47,889 nt of DNA from Eledone cirrhosa (Eukaryota), in NCBI GenBank assembly GCA_964016885.1, contig CAXHJY010001047.1, positions 1 to 47,889 of the forward strand, in the 5' to 3' direction. Positions 1 through 16,973 of the stretch are shown piece by piece. The position numbers were made by a program, and so were the translations under genes. The notes beneath the pieces are model-generated. The model did not search any database, was not told the DNA's origin, and saw only the letters and a program-made list of their open reading frames with translations. How positions within the stretch are numbered: the first letter of the stretch is position 1; each line of letters opens with the position of its first letter.

Positions 1-134
1 TATGTATAGATGTATATATATATAGTGTAATATATGTATATATATATTATGTATATATTATAGTATATGTATATATATATATATGTATATATATATGTAT
101 ATATATATATGTATATTATATATATGTATATATG

Positions 135-165
<31 letters not shown>

Positions 166-203
166 TATGTATATATAGCATATATGTATATATTACATAT
201 ATG

Positions 204-252
<49 letters not shown>

Positions 253-262
253 TATATATATG

Positions 263-313
<51 letters not shown>

Positions 314-432
314 GTATATATGTATATGTATATATGTATATATATATATTATATATATTATGTATATATATATATGTATATATATATATGTATATATATA
401 TATGTATATATATATATGTATATATATATATG

Positions 433-480
<48 letters not shown>

Positions 481-482
481 GG

Positions 483-541
<59 letters not shown>

Positions 542-761
542 GTATATATATGTATATATATATATGTATATATATATATGTATATATATATGTATATATA
601 TATGTATATATATATATATGTATATATATATATGTTATATATATATGTATATATATATATATGTATATATATATGGATATATATAATATGTATATATAGT
701 ATGTATATATATATATGTATATATATATATTGTATGATATATATGGATATATATATATATG

Positions 762-806
<45 letters not shown>

Positions 807-939
807 GTAAATATATATATATGTAAATATATGTATATATGTATATATATGTGTATATATATATATATGTGTATATATATATATGTGTATATATATATGT
901 ATATATATATATATATGTATATATATGTGTATATATATA

Positions 940-972
<33 letters not shown>

Positions 973-1017
973 GTGTATATATATATGTATATATATATAT
1001 GTATATATATATGTATG

Positions 1018-1050
<33 letters not shown>

Positions 1051-1086
1051 GTATATATATATATGTATGTATATATATTATATATG

Positions 1087-1117
<31 letters not shown>

Positions 1118-1204
1118 GTATATATATATATGTATATATATATATATGTGTCTGTATATATATATATATGTGTATATATATATATATATGTATATATATA
1201 TGTG

Positions 1205-1237
<33 letters not shown>

Positions 1238-1318
1238 GTGTATATATATATATATATGTGTATATATATATATATATTATATGTGTATATATATATATAG
1301 TACATGTATATATATATA

Positions 1319-1368
<50 letters not shown>

Positions 1369-1396
1369 CCATGTATATATATATATGGTATATGTG

Positions 1397-1434
<38 letters not shown>

Positions 1435-1438
1435 CATG

Positions 1439-1471
<33 letters not shown>

Positions 1472-1477
1472 TGTATG

Positions 1478-1512
<35 letters not shown>
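1..1512. repeat. Degenerate (TA)n microsatellite, G-interrupted (TATG)
   Basis: Alternating TA with frequent G substitutions; ORFs here are I/Y/M/C/V only. Confidence 0.98.
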
Positions 1513-1515
<3 letters not shown>

Positions 1516-2111
1516 AATGAAAGTTAGAGTTAATAACTCTTACTGAAACCATGTAATCAATAAGCTCAAAGTTTAAATACCGAGCATTATAATAATAATA
1601 ATATATATATGTAGTAAGAAACACAGTAAATCGTGTGTCCAATATTACGAGGGTTAAAAAACCACATTTGTTTGAAATATTTAACCATGAAGCAGACAGA
1701 ATGGTAAAATAAAAATAAAATTATATTATACAAACCGCCTCAATAACAATTACATCTCTCGGACAGATTAGGGATTAATCTGTTTCGCCCTGAGTGTGTT
1801 TGTAACAGAAATGCGACAAACACCTAGTACTAACGTTCACACAGAAATATGAATTCATCACCTCGTGTGCCGTAAGTCAAAAGTGGTATGAGTGTATTGG
1901 TTAGAATCAACAGTCCAACACACGCAACTTAATAAGCTCACCTCTTGAGGGAGCCGAAATATAAATGAAAGTTAGAGTTAATAACTCTCACTGAAACCCT
2001 GTAATCAATAAGCTCCAAGTATAAATACTGAGCATTATAATAATAATATATATGTAGTAAGAAACACAGTAAATCGTGTGTGCTAATATTACGAGGGTTG
2101 AAAAACCACAT
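1513..2111. repeat. Partial tandem repeat, ~448-bp unit (about 1.3 copies), probable non-autonomous retroelement
   Basis: 1513-1667 recurs slightly diverged at 1961-2111; several short hairpins; microsatellite on both sides. Confidence 0.8.
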
Positions 2112-2235
2112 GTGTGAATATGTGTGTGTATATATGTGTATGTATGTATATATGTGTGTATGTATATGTGTTTATATATGTGTGTATATATATGTGTGGT
2201 GTGTGTATGTGTGTTTATATATATGTGTGTGTGTG

Positions 2236-2284
<49 letters not shown>

Positions 2285-2299
2285 GTGTGTGTGCGTTTC

Positions 2300-2330
<31 letters not shown>

Positions 2331-2383
2331 ATTTCTATATGTATGTATGTATGTATGTATATATATATATATATGTATGTATG

Positions 2384-2426
<43 letters not shown>

Positions 2427-2556
2427 TATATATATATATATATACTATATATATATATAATATATATACTATGTATATATATACTATACTATATATATAC
2501 TATGTATATATATATATACTATATATATACTATGTATATATATATATATATATAAT
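2112..2556. repeat. Mixed (TG)/(CT)/(TA) microsatellite
   Basis: Direct reading. Confidence 0.95.
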
Positions 2557-2760
2557 ATAGGAACGAGTAGGACCCCGACGGCTGAGCTCAAGCCGTTTCG
2601 ACGGCTAATTCTGGACTAAATCAGTCCAGAATTAGCCGTCGAAACGGTTTGAGCTCAGCCGTCGGGGTCCTACTCGTTCCTATTACCCACTCTACTACCC
2701 TAAGTATTGAGTACTTTGGTGCGTTATGGTCCACCTGGTTCCTTACCACATTTCCTTCGT

Positions 2761-2762
<2 letters not shown>
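2557..2762 (+). mobile_element. Fold-back mini-element family E, copy 1, carrying the 3' half of a hammerhead
   Basis: 61-bp arms 2557-2617 and 2623-2683, loop AAATC, unpaired tail 2684-2762; GAAA(2641)-CGG..CCG-TC(2662)-GGGG; second copy at 17106-17312. Confidence 0.8.
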
Positions 2763-2812
<50 letters not shown>

Positions 2813-2845
2813 TATATATATATATATATATATATATACTATATA

Positions 2846-2876
<31 letters not shown>

Positions 2877-3530
2877 CTATATATACTATATATATATATA
2901 TATATATACTATATATACTATATATATACTATATATATATATACTATATATACTATATATATATATATACTATATATACTATATATATATATATACTATA
3001 TATACTATATATACTATATATATAGTATATATACTATATATATATATATACTATATATATATATATATACTATATATATATATATACTATATATATATAT
3101 ATACTATATATATATATAATATATATATATATATATAATATACTATATATATATATATAATATATATATATATATATAATATATATATATATATACTATA
3201 TATATATATACTATATATTTTATATATATACTATATATATATATACATATATACTATACTATATATATATATACTATACATATATATATATATACTATAT
3301 ATATATATACTATACATATATATATATATACTATATATATATATACTATATATATATACTATATATATATATACTATACATATATATATATATATACTAT
3401 ATATACATATATACTATACTATATATATATATACTATATATATATACTATATATATATATACTATATATATATACTATATATATATACTATATATATATA
3501 TATATATATATATACTATATATATCTATAT
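2763..3530. repeat. (TA)n microsatellite with TAC interruptions
   Basis: Direct reading. Confidence 0.97.
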
Positions 3531-3668
3531 AAGCTATATCACCTCCAACTAACACCTTACAGCAGCAACAATCCAGACAAGAGTCTAGCTCATTTCTCCT
3601 GTCAAATGACTCATCAATATTTCCAATATGAAAGATTGTGACTGGAATAATAGAACTATAGATGGTAC

Positions 3669-4760
3669 ATGGTGGTGGTGTGATGCTATGGTGGTGTGGT
3701 GGTGTGGTGCGGTGGTGGTGTGACGGTGTGGTGATGGTGGTGGAGTGGTGGTGGTGATAGTGTCGTGGTGTGGTGTGGTGTGGTGGTGGTGGTGGTGGTG
3801 TGATGGTGTGGTGATGGTGGTGGAGTGGTGCTGGTGATAATGTCGTGGTGTGGTGTGGTGTGGTGGTGGTGGTGTGATGGTGTGGTGATGGTGGTGGAGT
3901 GGTGCTGGTGATAGTGTCGTGGTGTGGTGTGGTGTGGTGGTGGTGGTGGTGGTGTGATGGTGTGGTGATGGTGGTGGTGTGATGCTATGGTGGTGTGGGT
4001 GGTGGTGCGGTGGTGGTGTGACGGTGTGGTGATGGTGGTGGAGTGGTGGTGGTGATAGTGTCGTGGTGTGGTGTGGTGTGGTGGTGGTGGTGGTGGTGTG
4101 ATGGTGTGGTGATGGTGGTGGAGTGGTTGTGGTGTGGTGGTGTGGTGGTGGTGTGGTGATGTTGGTGGAGTGGTGGTGATGATAGTGTCGTGGTGTGGAG
4201 TGGTGGTGGTGGTAGTGTCGTGTGGTGGTGTGGTGGTGGTGGTGCTGGTGGTGTGGTGATGTTGGAGTGGTGGTGATGATAGTGTCGTTGTGTGGAGTGG
4301 TGGTGGTGGTAGTGTGGTGTGGTGGTGTGGTGGTGGGTGTGATGGTGTGGTGATGTTGGAGTGGTGATGGTGATAGTGGTGGTGTGGTTGTGTCGAGTGG
4401 TAGTAGTGGTGTTGGTGATCTGTGGAGTGGTGGTGTGGTGGTCTGTGTTGGTGATGGCGTGGAGAGATGGTCTGGAGTGGTGGTCTGGAGAGGATGTGGT
4501 TGTGGGTGGTAGTACATGGTGGTGTGTAGTGGTGGTGACGCTGATAGTGTTAGGTGGATGTGGTGATGATGGTGAAGGTCAGTGGTCGGGTCATTGTCTG
4601 TGGTGGTCTTGAGTGGTGGTGGTGGTGGTGGTGGTATTGGTATGTGGTGGTCATCTGGAAAGGTTGTCTGGAGTATATATAGTGGTAGTAGTAGTAGATA
4701 GTGATGAGTAGTGGTGGTATTGTTGTATGTGGTCCTGGTGTTATGTGGTTGTGTGGTGTG
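3669..4760. repeat. (GGT/GTG)n low-complexity repeat with internal block duplications
   Basis: Direct reading; recurrent GATAGTGTCGTGGTGTGG blocks. Confidence 0.95.
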
Positions 4761-4809
4761 TAGTAAGTATATGTATGTGTATATATATTATATATATGTA
4801 TATATGTAC

Positions 4810-4858
<49 letters not shown>

Positions 4859-4976
4859 CATATATACGTATATATATATATATAGATATATATGTATATA
4901 TAGTACATATATATCATATATGTATATATTAATACATATATACCTATATATATATATATGATATATGTATATATAG

Positions 4977-7716
<2,740 letters not shown>

Positions 7717-7904
7717 ATAGATAATTTAATATATCAACTAACATAAGCGCACAGATGCACGCCCCATGCTAGCAAATACACAGGTTATGTCATAGTACCT
7801 AGGTGGTTCAATGCAGGAGAATGCAGAAACAATAATATAAAGGACGGAAAATAAGAAAATATTTAAAAAAAAAATTTTTTTTTAAATTTTTTACTTAAAT
7901 TTTC

Positions 7905-7988
7905 ACTCCAACTAATTAGTGTTCTGCAATGGGATAAAGACAGTTACGTAATCCAAACTGTCGAGAATTCATTGCGTCATCAGGGAGT
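7905..7988 (-). ncRNA. Type I hammerhead ribozyme, GAAA core disrupted by a 1-nt insertion
   Basis: Reverse complement of 9315-9395 but reads GAACA at the GAAA position. Confidence 0.6.
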
Positions 7989-8465
7989 CTATTCTCAGTT
8001 AAGTCTCCAGGCAATGCGCGGACACTGGCGGCTCATATAAAAATAATAATAATTCGGTAGATCGAACAGCTTGCGAGGACTGGATTCTATGTACCGAAAT
8101 TCTCACTGCTTCAAGTCAAATGGCCGATTCTAAAGAATCAATCACGTGACACAGAGGCTAGTTAGAAGGAATGGGATGGTAAGATGACTGACGCCTACTA
8201 ACACCCCCAAAAAAATGTTTATAGAAGTGGTTTTTGGCAAGTTTGCTCGACAAATCAGTGATTTGGAGATAAATATAGATAATTTAATATATCAACTAAC
8301 ATAAGCGCACAGATGCACGCCCATGCTAGCAAATACACAGGTTATGTCATAGTACCTAGGTGGTTCAATGCAGGATGAGAATGCAGAACAATAATATAAA
8401 GGACGTAAAATAAGAAAATATTTTTAAAAAAAAATTTTTTTAATTTTTTACTTACTTAAATTTTC

Positions 8466-8548
8466 ACTCCAACTAATTAGTTTCTGCCAATGGGATAAAG
8501 ACAGTTACGTAATCCAACTGTCGAGAATTCATTGCGTCATCAGGGAGT
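8466..8548 (-). ncRNA. Type I hammerhead ribozyme
   Basis: Reverse complement of the 9315-9395 motif with intact CUGAUGA and GAAA. Confidence 0.85.
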
Positions 8549-9314
8549 CTATTCTCAGTTAAGTCTCCAGGCAATGCGCGGACACTGGCGGCTCATATAA
8601 AAATAATAATAATTCGGTAGATCGAACAGCTTGCGAGGACTGGATTCTATGTACCGAAATTCTCACTGCTTCAAGTCAAATGGCCGATTCTAAAGAATCA
8701 ATCACGTGACACAGAGGCTAGTTAGAAGGAATGGGATGGTAAGATGACTGACGCCCTACTAACACCCCCAAAAAAAATTCTCGACAGTTGGATTACGTAA
8801 CTGTCTTTATCCCATTGCAGAAACTAATTAGTTGGAGTGAAAATTTAAGTAAGTAAAAAATTTAAAAAAAATTTTTTTTAAAAATATTTTCTTATTTTAC
8901 GTCCTTTATATTATTGTTCTGCATTCTCCTGCATTGAACCACCTAGGTACTATGACATAACCTGTGTATTTGCTAGCATGGGCGTGCATCTGTGCGCTTA
9001 TGTTAGTTGATATATTAAATTATCTATATTTATCTCCAAATCACTGATTTGTCGAGCAAACTTGCCAAAACCACTTCTATAAAAAATTTTTTGGGGGTGT
9101 TAGTAGGGCGTCAGTCATCTTACCATCCCATTCCTTCTAACTAGCCTCTGTGTCACGTGATTGATTCTTTAGAATCCGGCCATTTGACTTGAAGCAGTGA
9201 GAATTTCGGTACATAGAATCCAGTCCTCGCAAGCTGTTCGATCTACCGAATTATTATTATTTTTATATGAGCCGCCAGTGTCCGCGCATTGCCTGGAGAC
9301 TTAACTGAGAATAG

Positions 9315-9395
9315 ACTCCCTGATGACGCAATGAATTCTCGACAGTTGATTACGTAACTGTCTTTATCCCATTGCAGAAACTAATTAGTTGGAGT
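9315..9395 (+). ncRNA. Type I hammerhead ribozyme
   Basis: ACTCC-CTGATGA-cGCAATG..GACAGTT..AACTGTC..CATTGCa-GAAA-CTAATTAG-TT-GGAGT; stems I and II pair, stem III palindromic, GUU triplet. Confidence 0.88.
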
Positions 9396-9467
9396 GAAAA
9401 TTTAAGTAAGTAAAAAATTTAAAAAAAATTTTTTTTTTAAATATTTTCTTATTTTACGTCCTTTATA

Positions 9468-9611
9468 TGTATATATATTATGTATATATATATGTATATA
9501 TATATGTATATATATATATATGTATTATATATATATATGTATATATATATGTATATATATATATGTATATATATATATGTATATGTATATAGTATATAAT
9601 GTATATATATG

Positions 9612-9690
<79 letters not shown>

Positions 9691-9794
9691 GTATATATAT
9701 GTATATATGTATATATATATATGTATATATATATATGTATATATATATATGTATATATATGTATGTATATATATGTATATATATGTATGTATAT

Positions 9795-9835
<41 letters not shown>

Positions 9836-10022
9836 TATATATGTATGTATATATATATATATGTATGCTATATATATATATATGTATGTATATATATATA
9901 GTATATGTATGTATATTATATATATGTATATATATATATGTATGTATATATATATATATGTATGTATATATATATATGTATATATATATATTATATATGT
10001 ATGTATATTATATATATGTATG

Positions 10023-10054
<32 letters not shown>
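9468..10054. repeat. (TA)n microsatellite, G-interrupted
   Basis: Direct reading. Confidence 0.97.
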
Positions 10055-11926
10055 TTTGCAAAAAAAACACAAAATCCACTGGCTCTACTGTTGGCCCTCT
10101 AATTGATGAAAATGGCACTCTTCAAGACAATGCTAAAACCATGGGTGAGATACTGCAGAAACAATACTGCTCTGTTTTCAGCAATCCTGATATGGCCGAT
10201 CTGGGCTGTATCGGCGATGTTACTCCCCATTACACCTTATCGGACATAACGTTTGGCGCCCCTGATGTCTTGGCGGCAATAAAGGAAATCAAGCATAATT
10301 CAGCAGTAGGTCCCGATAGGTTCCCTGCTTGTGTCTTGAAGGCGTGTCAACACCAACTTGCATCTCCTCTTGCCAATCTGTGGCGGAACTCACTGGATGC
10401 TGGATATGTGCCAGAAAACCTTCTATACCAGTCTGTTGTCCCAGTTTTCAAAAAGGGAAACAAATCCCTTGCCGTGAATTACCGTCAATCTCACTCACCT
10501 CTCATATCATTAAGGTATTTGAGAGAGTGGTGAGATCGCGAATGACCCACTTCCTTGAGAGTAACAATATGCTGAACTCCAACCAGCATGGATTCCGTAA
10601 TGGAAGGGATTGCCTGACGCAGCTACTGCATCACTTTGATGACATTTTGAGAGCCTTGGGAGAGGGTTCCAACACTGATGTTATCTACCTTGATTTCAGC
10701 AAGGCCTTTGACAGGGTTGATCATAACATTCTACTGAGAAAGCTGTCCAATATTGGTGTCACTGGAAAGCTGCTGCGGTGGTTCAAGAGCTTCCTGTCAA
10801 ACAGAATCCAACATGTTGTAGTTGAGGGAGTCAAATCCAGCCCAGCCAAAGTCAGTAGTGGTGTCCCACAAGGCACTGTGTTGGGCCCACTTCTCTTCAT
10901 CATCTATATTAATGACATCACTGACATCATCAAACACAGCAACATTAAAATTTTCGCTGATGATTCCAAGCTCCAAAAGGTCATCAATGGCGTGGATGAC
11001 CGGATAAGCCTTCAGTCAGACCTACTGGCTGTTACCCAATGGGCGGAAAAGAACAACATGTTACTGAACGAAGACAAATTCGAACTGATCCACTTTGGAA
11101 AAGAGGATGCTCTGAAACTCCCGTACTCCCTTCCCTCCGGGGAAACTCTCGTGGCATCTAACAACATCAGAGACTTGGGAGTAACCGTGGACAGCAACAT
11201 AAGCTGGACCACGCATATAAGCAGCAAAGTTGACATGGCCCGCAGAATGTGTTCCTGGATCCTCAGAACCTTCCAGTCGAGAGATTCCCGCACCATTATC
11301 CTTCTCTTCTCTACTTTTGCCCGACCACACCTTGAATACTGTTGTCCACTGTGGTCTCCCCACACGAAACAAAGTATCATGAAACTTGAAGCTCCTCAAA
11401 AGGCAATCACGAAAAAGATAGATGGCATGCCAGGACCTTGACTACTGGGGTCGACTAGAAAACCTGAAACTTTACTCACTCCAACGTCGCCGTGAGCGTT
11501 ATATTATCTGCATGATGTGGAAAATGTTCCATCATCACTGCCCAAATGATGTTGGCATCGCCTTCAAGATACACCCAAGGCTTGGGCCCCGTGCTATCCG
11601 TCCCATTCAAAAATCTAAATCGCAACTCATAACAACAATACGGCACAATTATTTCACCTCAATCGGCCCTGCTCTCTTCAACATCACACCAGGACACGTC
11701 AAAACAGAAACTGACCACACAAAATTCAAGAAGTCTTTGGACAAATTCCTCCAAGTAATCCCGGAGAAACCACCCACACCCGGATATGTCTCCGCAAACA
11801 GTAATTCTTTTCTCGAATGGGCCATGGTGCCCAAATCCTGAATTGAAAGACTTCGCCAGGTGGTGCTATTAAGTTAGACATGGCCTGGGCCAATACTGGC
11901 CAAAACATTTCAAAGTTATTCAAAGT

Positions 11927-11928
<2 letters not shown>
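10055..11928 (+). mobile_element. CR1-like LINE, 5'-truncated (family 2, copy 1)
   Basis: RT domain plus C-terminus, 3' stem-loop GGCCA-atac-TGGCC, (TTCAAAGTTA)2 tail, TA flanks. Confidence 0.93.
10057..11841 (+). pseudogene. LINE ORF2 reverse transcriptase, frameshifted near 10485 and 11430
   Basis: SAVGPD, NYR(P)ISLTS, QHGFR, YLDFSKAFDRVDH, SGVPQGTVLGPLLF, FADDSKL, WSPH, RRRERY. Confidence 0.93.
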
Positions 11929-12752
<824 letters not shown>

Positions 12753-12929
12753 AGTAGTAGTTAGTAGTTGGTGTTGTTGATGGTGATGATGTGAAGATAA
12801 GGGTAGTGGTGGTGGAGGTAGATTGTTAATGGTATGCGTGGTGGTGGTAAGGATTCTCACTCATGAAACTACCATCGGCCTGATGAGCTACCCGGATGGA
12901 ACGGACATCAATTTTTTTTTTTTTAAGCA

Positions 12930-13970
12930 CTTAATCAAGACATCACATCTCCAATACTATGGGTATGTGTTTAGAATGTCTCAGGAAAGGACCGCTGGAG
13001 AAATTTGAGAGATCACAGCTCCAATACTATGGGTATGTGTTTAGAATGTCTCAGGAAAGGACCGCTGGAGAAATTTGAGAGATCACAGCTCCAATACTAT
13101 GGGTATGTGTTTAGAATGTCTCAGGAAAGGACCGCTGGAGAAATTTGAGAGATCACAGCTCCAATACTATGGGTATGTGTTTAGAATGTCTCATGAAAGG
13201 ACCGCTGGAGAAATTTGAGAGATCACAGCTCCAATACTATGGGTATGTGTTTAGAATGTCTCAGGAAAGGACCGCTGGAGAAATTTGAGAGATCACAGCT
13301 CTGACTATGGGTATGTGTTTAGAATGTCTCAGGAAAGGACCGCTGGAGAAATTTGAGAGATCACAGCTCTGACTATGGGTATGTGTTTAGAATGTCTCAG
13401 GAAAGGACCGCTGGAGAAATTTGAGAGATCACAGCTCTGATACTATAGGTACGTGTTTAGAATGTCTCAGGAAAGGACCGCTGGAGAAATTTGAGAGATC
13501 ACAGCTCTGATACTATGGGTATGTGTTTAGAATGTCTCAGGAAAGGACCGCTGGAGAAATTTGAGAGATCACAGCTCTGATACTATGGGCATGTGTTTAG
13601 AATGTCTCAGGAAAGGACCGCTGGAGAAATTTGAGAGACCACAGCTGTGATACTTAGGGTATGTGTTTAGAATGTCTCAGGAAAGGACCGCTGGAGAAAT
13701 TTGAGAGACCACAGCTCTGATACTATGGGCATGTGTTTAGAATGTCTCAGGAAAGAATCGCTGGACTGATTTTATGAGCAAAACGAGCTGCAGGAGACCC
13801 AGGGGTAGACCTTGAGCAAGATGATTGGATAATATTTGAGATCGACTAGTCTCGTTTGAGTATCCTGGCGGATTAATTAGAGCCGTTTGCTTCTGACAGA
13901 ACCCGCTGGAAGGGGTATTTGAGGTGTCTTCCCTCCAGTCCTCGACCCTCCCATATATAAGTGGACCAAA
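12930..13970 (+). mobile_element. Decayed RTE-clade LINE 3' fragment hosting the minisatellite
   Basis: Unit translates ERSQLQYYG(Y/H)VFRMSQER; downstream RRPRGRP*AR*LDNI resembles the RTE C-terminal RLRWYGHV.R..GRRxRGRP..W motif. Confidence 0.7.
12949..13765 (+). repeat. Minisatellite, 70-bp unit (68-71), about 11.7 copies
   Basis: CCAATACTATGGGTATG.. at 12951, 13021, 13091, 13161, 13231, then CTCTGA variants; no spacers. Confidence 0.97.
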
Positions 13971-14344
13971 CACATGTATTTAGGCTGGTACTGTTTATAG
14001 CAAGTTCATTTTCCATACAGCTAATTTCATTTGCGAATTACAGTGGAGCAAACAAGATCTCTCATAACCTGAGTTCAAATATTGCCATGATCTTAGTTTT
14101 TCATCACCCCTCCTGGGTTGATAAATATGTGTAATAGTTACATATTGGGATCAGAATGTTTCCAAGGTTTCTGTTTATCTTCACTTATGGCTTCGTCCGT
14201 TGTTTACTTTCAAGATGAGGAGCAATAACCCGACACGTTCGCAAGTCCTCTCTCAGATCTGATTGACTATTGAAAACAATATTTACATCAGCTTCATTAG
14301 AGCCGAACTCGACCTCAGCTGCTGCTCTTTCTCCTCGCACTCCT

Positions 14345-15233
14345 CTTACTACTACTACTACTACTAGTAGTATACTACTATTAATAATATTACTACCACT
14401 GCTACAAATTATATTACTAATACTACTTCCAATACTACTGCAGCTGCTACTACCATCACAGCCACCACCACTACTACTATTACCACGACTATTACGACGA
14501 CTACTACATCTAATATTGCTTCAAACATTCCTACTGCTACTACCACCACTACCACAGCTACCACTACTACTATTACCACCACTATTACTACGACTACTAC
14601 AACTACATCTCTTACTGTTACAACCAATTGCTACAGCTACCTCCACCAATACTACTGCTGCTGCTGCTGCTGCTGCAACCATTGCTACTACCACCACCAC
14701 TACTATTACCACTACTGCTACTACTCCTACTGTTACTACTACTACTACCACTACTACTACCACTACTGCTTCTACTGCTACTGTTACTTCTAATACTACT
14801 ACTGTTACTACTACTACTACTACTACTACTACTACCTCTACTACTACCACCACTACTACTACTACAGCCACCACTATTACTACGACTACTACAGCCACAT
14901 CTACTACTGCTACAACCATCGCTACTACTACTGGTACTTCTACTACTACTACTACCTCTACTACTACCGACTCCATTACTACTACTACCACCACCACTAC
15001 TACTACAGCTACCATTATTACTACTACAGCCACCACTATTACTACGACTACTATAGCCACATCTACTACTACTACTACCACCACCACCACTACCACTACT
15101 GCTACTACTACAACCATCGCTACTAGTACCACCACCACCACCACCACCACTACTACTACTACTATCACCTCTACTACAACTACTACTACTACCACTACCA
15201 CCACTACTACTACTATTACTACTACTACTACTG

Positions 15234-15290
<57 letters not shown>

Positions 15291-15316
15291 ATAATAATAA
15301 TAATAATAATACCACT

Positions 15317-15393
<77 letters not shown>

Positions 15394-15415
15394 CACTACT
15401 ACTACTACTACTACA
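14345..15415. repeat. (ACT/ACC)n trinucleotide low-complexity repeat
   Basis: Direct reading; includes short (GCT) and (AAT) runs. Confidence 0.96.
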
Positions 15416-15549
15416 GTAGCTGTCCATCCTTACTGATAACTTACAAACCAACCGCCTGCTCACAAATTTATGCTCACCTTGGGGATTTCATGTAGTCTGC
15501 GCCACCTATGGACGTAATTAGAAAACAAATTTATAGAACGAACATCGAA

Positions 15550-15784
15550 ATATATATATATATATTTATGTTTGTGTTTGTGTATGTATGTGTGTGTGTA
15601 TCTGTGTATAGATGTGTGTGTGTCTATCTGTATATATATATATATGTGTGTGTGTCTATTTGTGTATATATGTTTGTGTGTGTGTATATCTGTGTATATA
15701 TATATATGTGTGTGTGTATATCTGTATATATATATATATATGCGTGTGTGTCTATCTGCATACATATATATATATGTGTGTGTA

Positions 15785-15828
<44 letters not shown>

Positions 15829-15890
15829 ATATCTGTGTATATATATATGTTGTGTGTGTGTCTATTTGTGCATATATATGCGTGTGTGTG

Positions 15891-15921
<31 letters not shown>

Positions 15922-16102
15922 ATCTGTGTTTGTGTGCGTGTGTATCTCTGTATATACATATGTATGTATGTGTGTATATGTGTATATATTTGTGTGTGTA
16001 TCTGTGTGTATATATATATATATATATCTGTATATACATATGTATGTGTGTGTGTATATGTGTATATATATGTGTGTGTATCTGTGTATATATATATATA
16101 TC

Positions 16103-16197
<95 letters not shown>

Positions 16198-16630
16198 ATC
16201 TCTCTATATATATATTTGTGTGTGTGTATCTGTGTATATATATATGTGTGTGTGTGTGTAGATATATGGGTATATATGGATTTTTATGTATGTGTACATG
16301 TGTATGAATGTATATATATGTGTGCGTGTGTATGTATATCTATCTATCTATCTATATATATATATATCATATATACGCACACACGAGTCTCTCTCTCTCT
16401 CTATATATATATATCATATATATCACACGAGCAATAGAGGACACATATATATACACAGGGTAGATAGTTTGATAGGCAGATATTTATTTAGATATTTAGA
16501 TATATCCATAATACAAAACATAATAACACGATAAACTACACCATAATATAATATAATACAATATAATATAATATAATATAATAAGGTATATAATATGATA
16601 TAATAAGGTATATAATATAATATAATATAC
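15550..16630. repeat. Mixed (TG)/(TA)/(TATAA) microsatellites with short unique interruptions
   Basis: Direct reading. Confidence 0.9.
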
Positions 16631-16734
16631 ATAAAATGGCGGACATGCTAAGCGATAAAATGAGAATGATTACTACTAAAGACAGGTTTAGTGATGGAGG
16701 ACATGACATGTTGGTTTTGATGACTTCTATAGGT

Positions 16735-16900
16735 TTTGATGATGGTTGATGGTTTACCGGGTTGATGTCTAGATGGTTGATGGTTTGGTTTGATGGGTTG
16801 TTGGCTAGATGGTTGATGGTTTGGTTTGATGGTTTGATGGTTGATGGTTTCATGGCTGGAAGTTGATGGTGGCTAATTGGTTGCTTGATTGCTTATTTGA
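16735..16900. repeat. (GATGGTT)n-like degenerate repeat
   Basis: Direct reading. Confidence 0.85.
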
Positions 16901-16973
16901 TTGGTACACACACACGCACACGCACACGCACACACACACACACATATATATATATATTTATATATATATATAT

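Larger units (their letters stand above)
7717..9467. mobile_element. Hammerhead-containing non-coding element, ~558-bp unit: ~1.9 tandem copies followed by ~1.2 inverted copies (retrozyme or non-autonomous PLE-like)
   Basis: Unit starts at 7717 and 8275; orientation flips at ~8776; no ORF; one HHR per unit. Confidence 0.85.

Noticed and set aside
3575-3625. Minus-strand TTGATGA-GTCA..TGAC..GAAA
   Set aside because: Non-canonical core, extra bases before GAAA, no stem I or III
3585-4517. 310-aa His/Thr/Pro-rich ORF
   Set aside because: Reverse translation of (GGT)n low-complexity sequence
12865-12910. CTGATGA at 12880 as a hammerhead core
   Set aside because: No correctly placed GAAA or pairing stems
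12949-13765. CRISPR-like regular array
   Set aside because: Head-to-tail 70-bp units with no unique spacers, no cas genes, eukaryotic context
14270-15436. 388-aa Thr-rich mucin-like ORF
   Set aside because: Trinucleotide (ACT/ACC)n repeat open in several frames on both strands; TTG start; no domain or splice evidence
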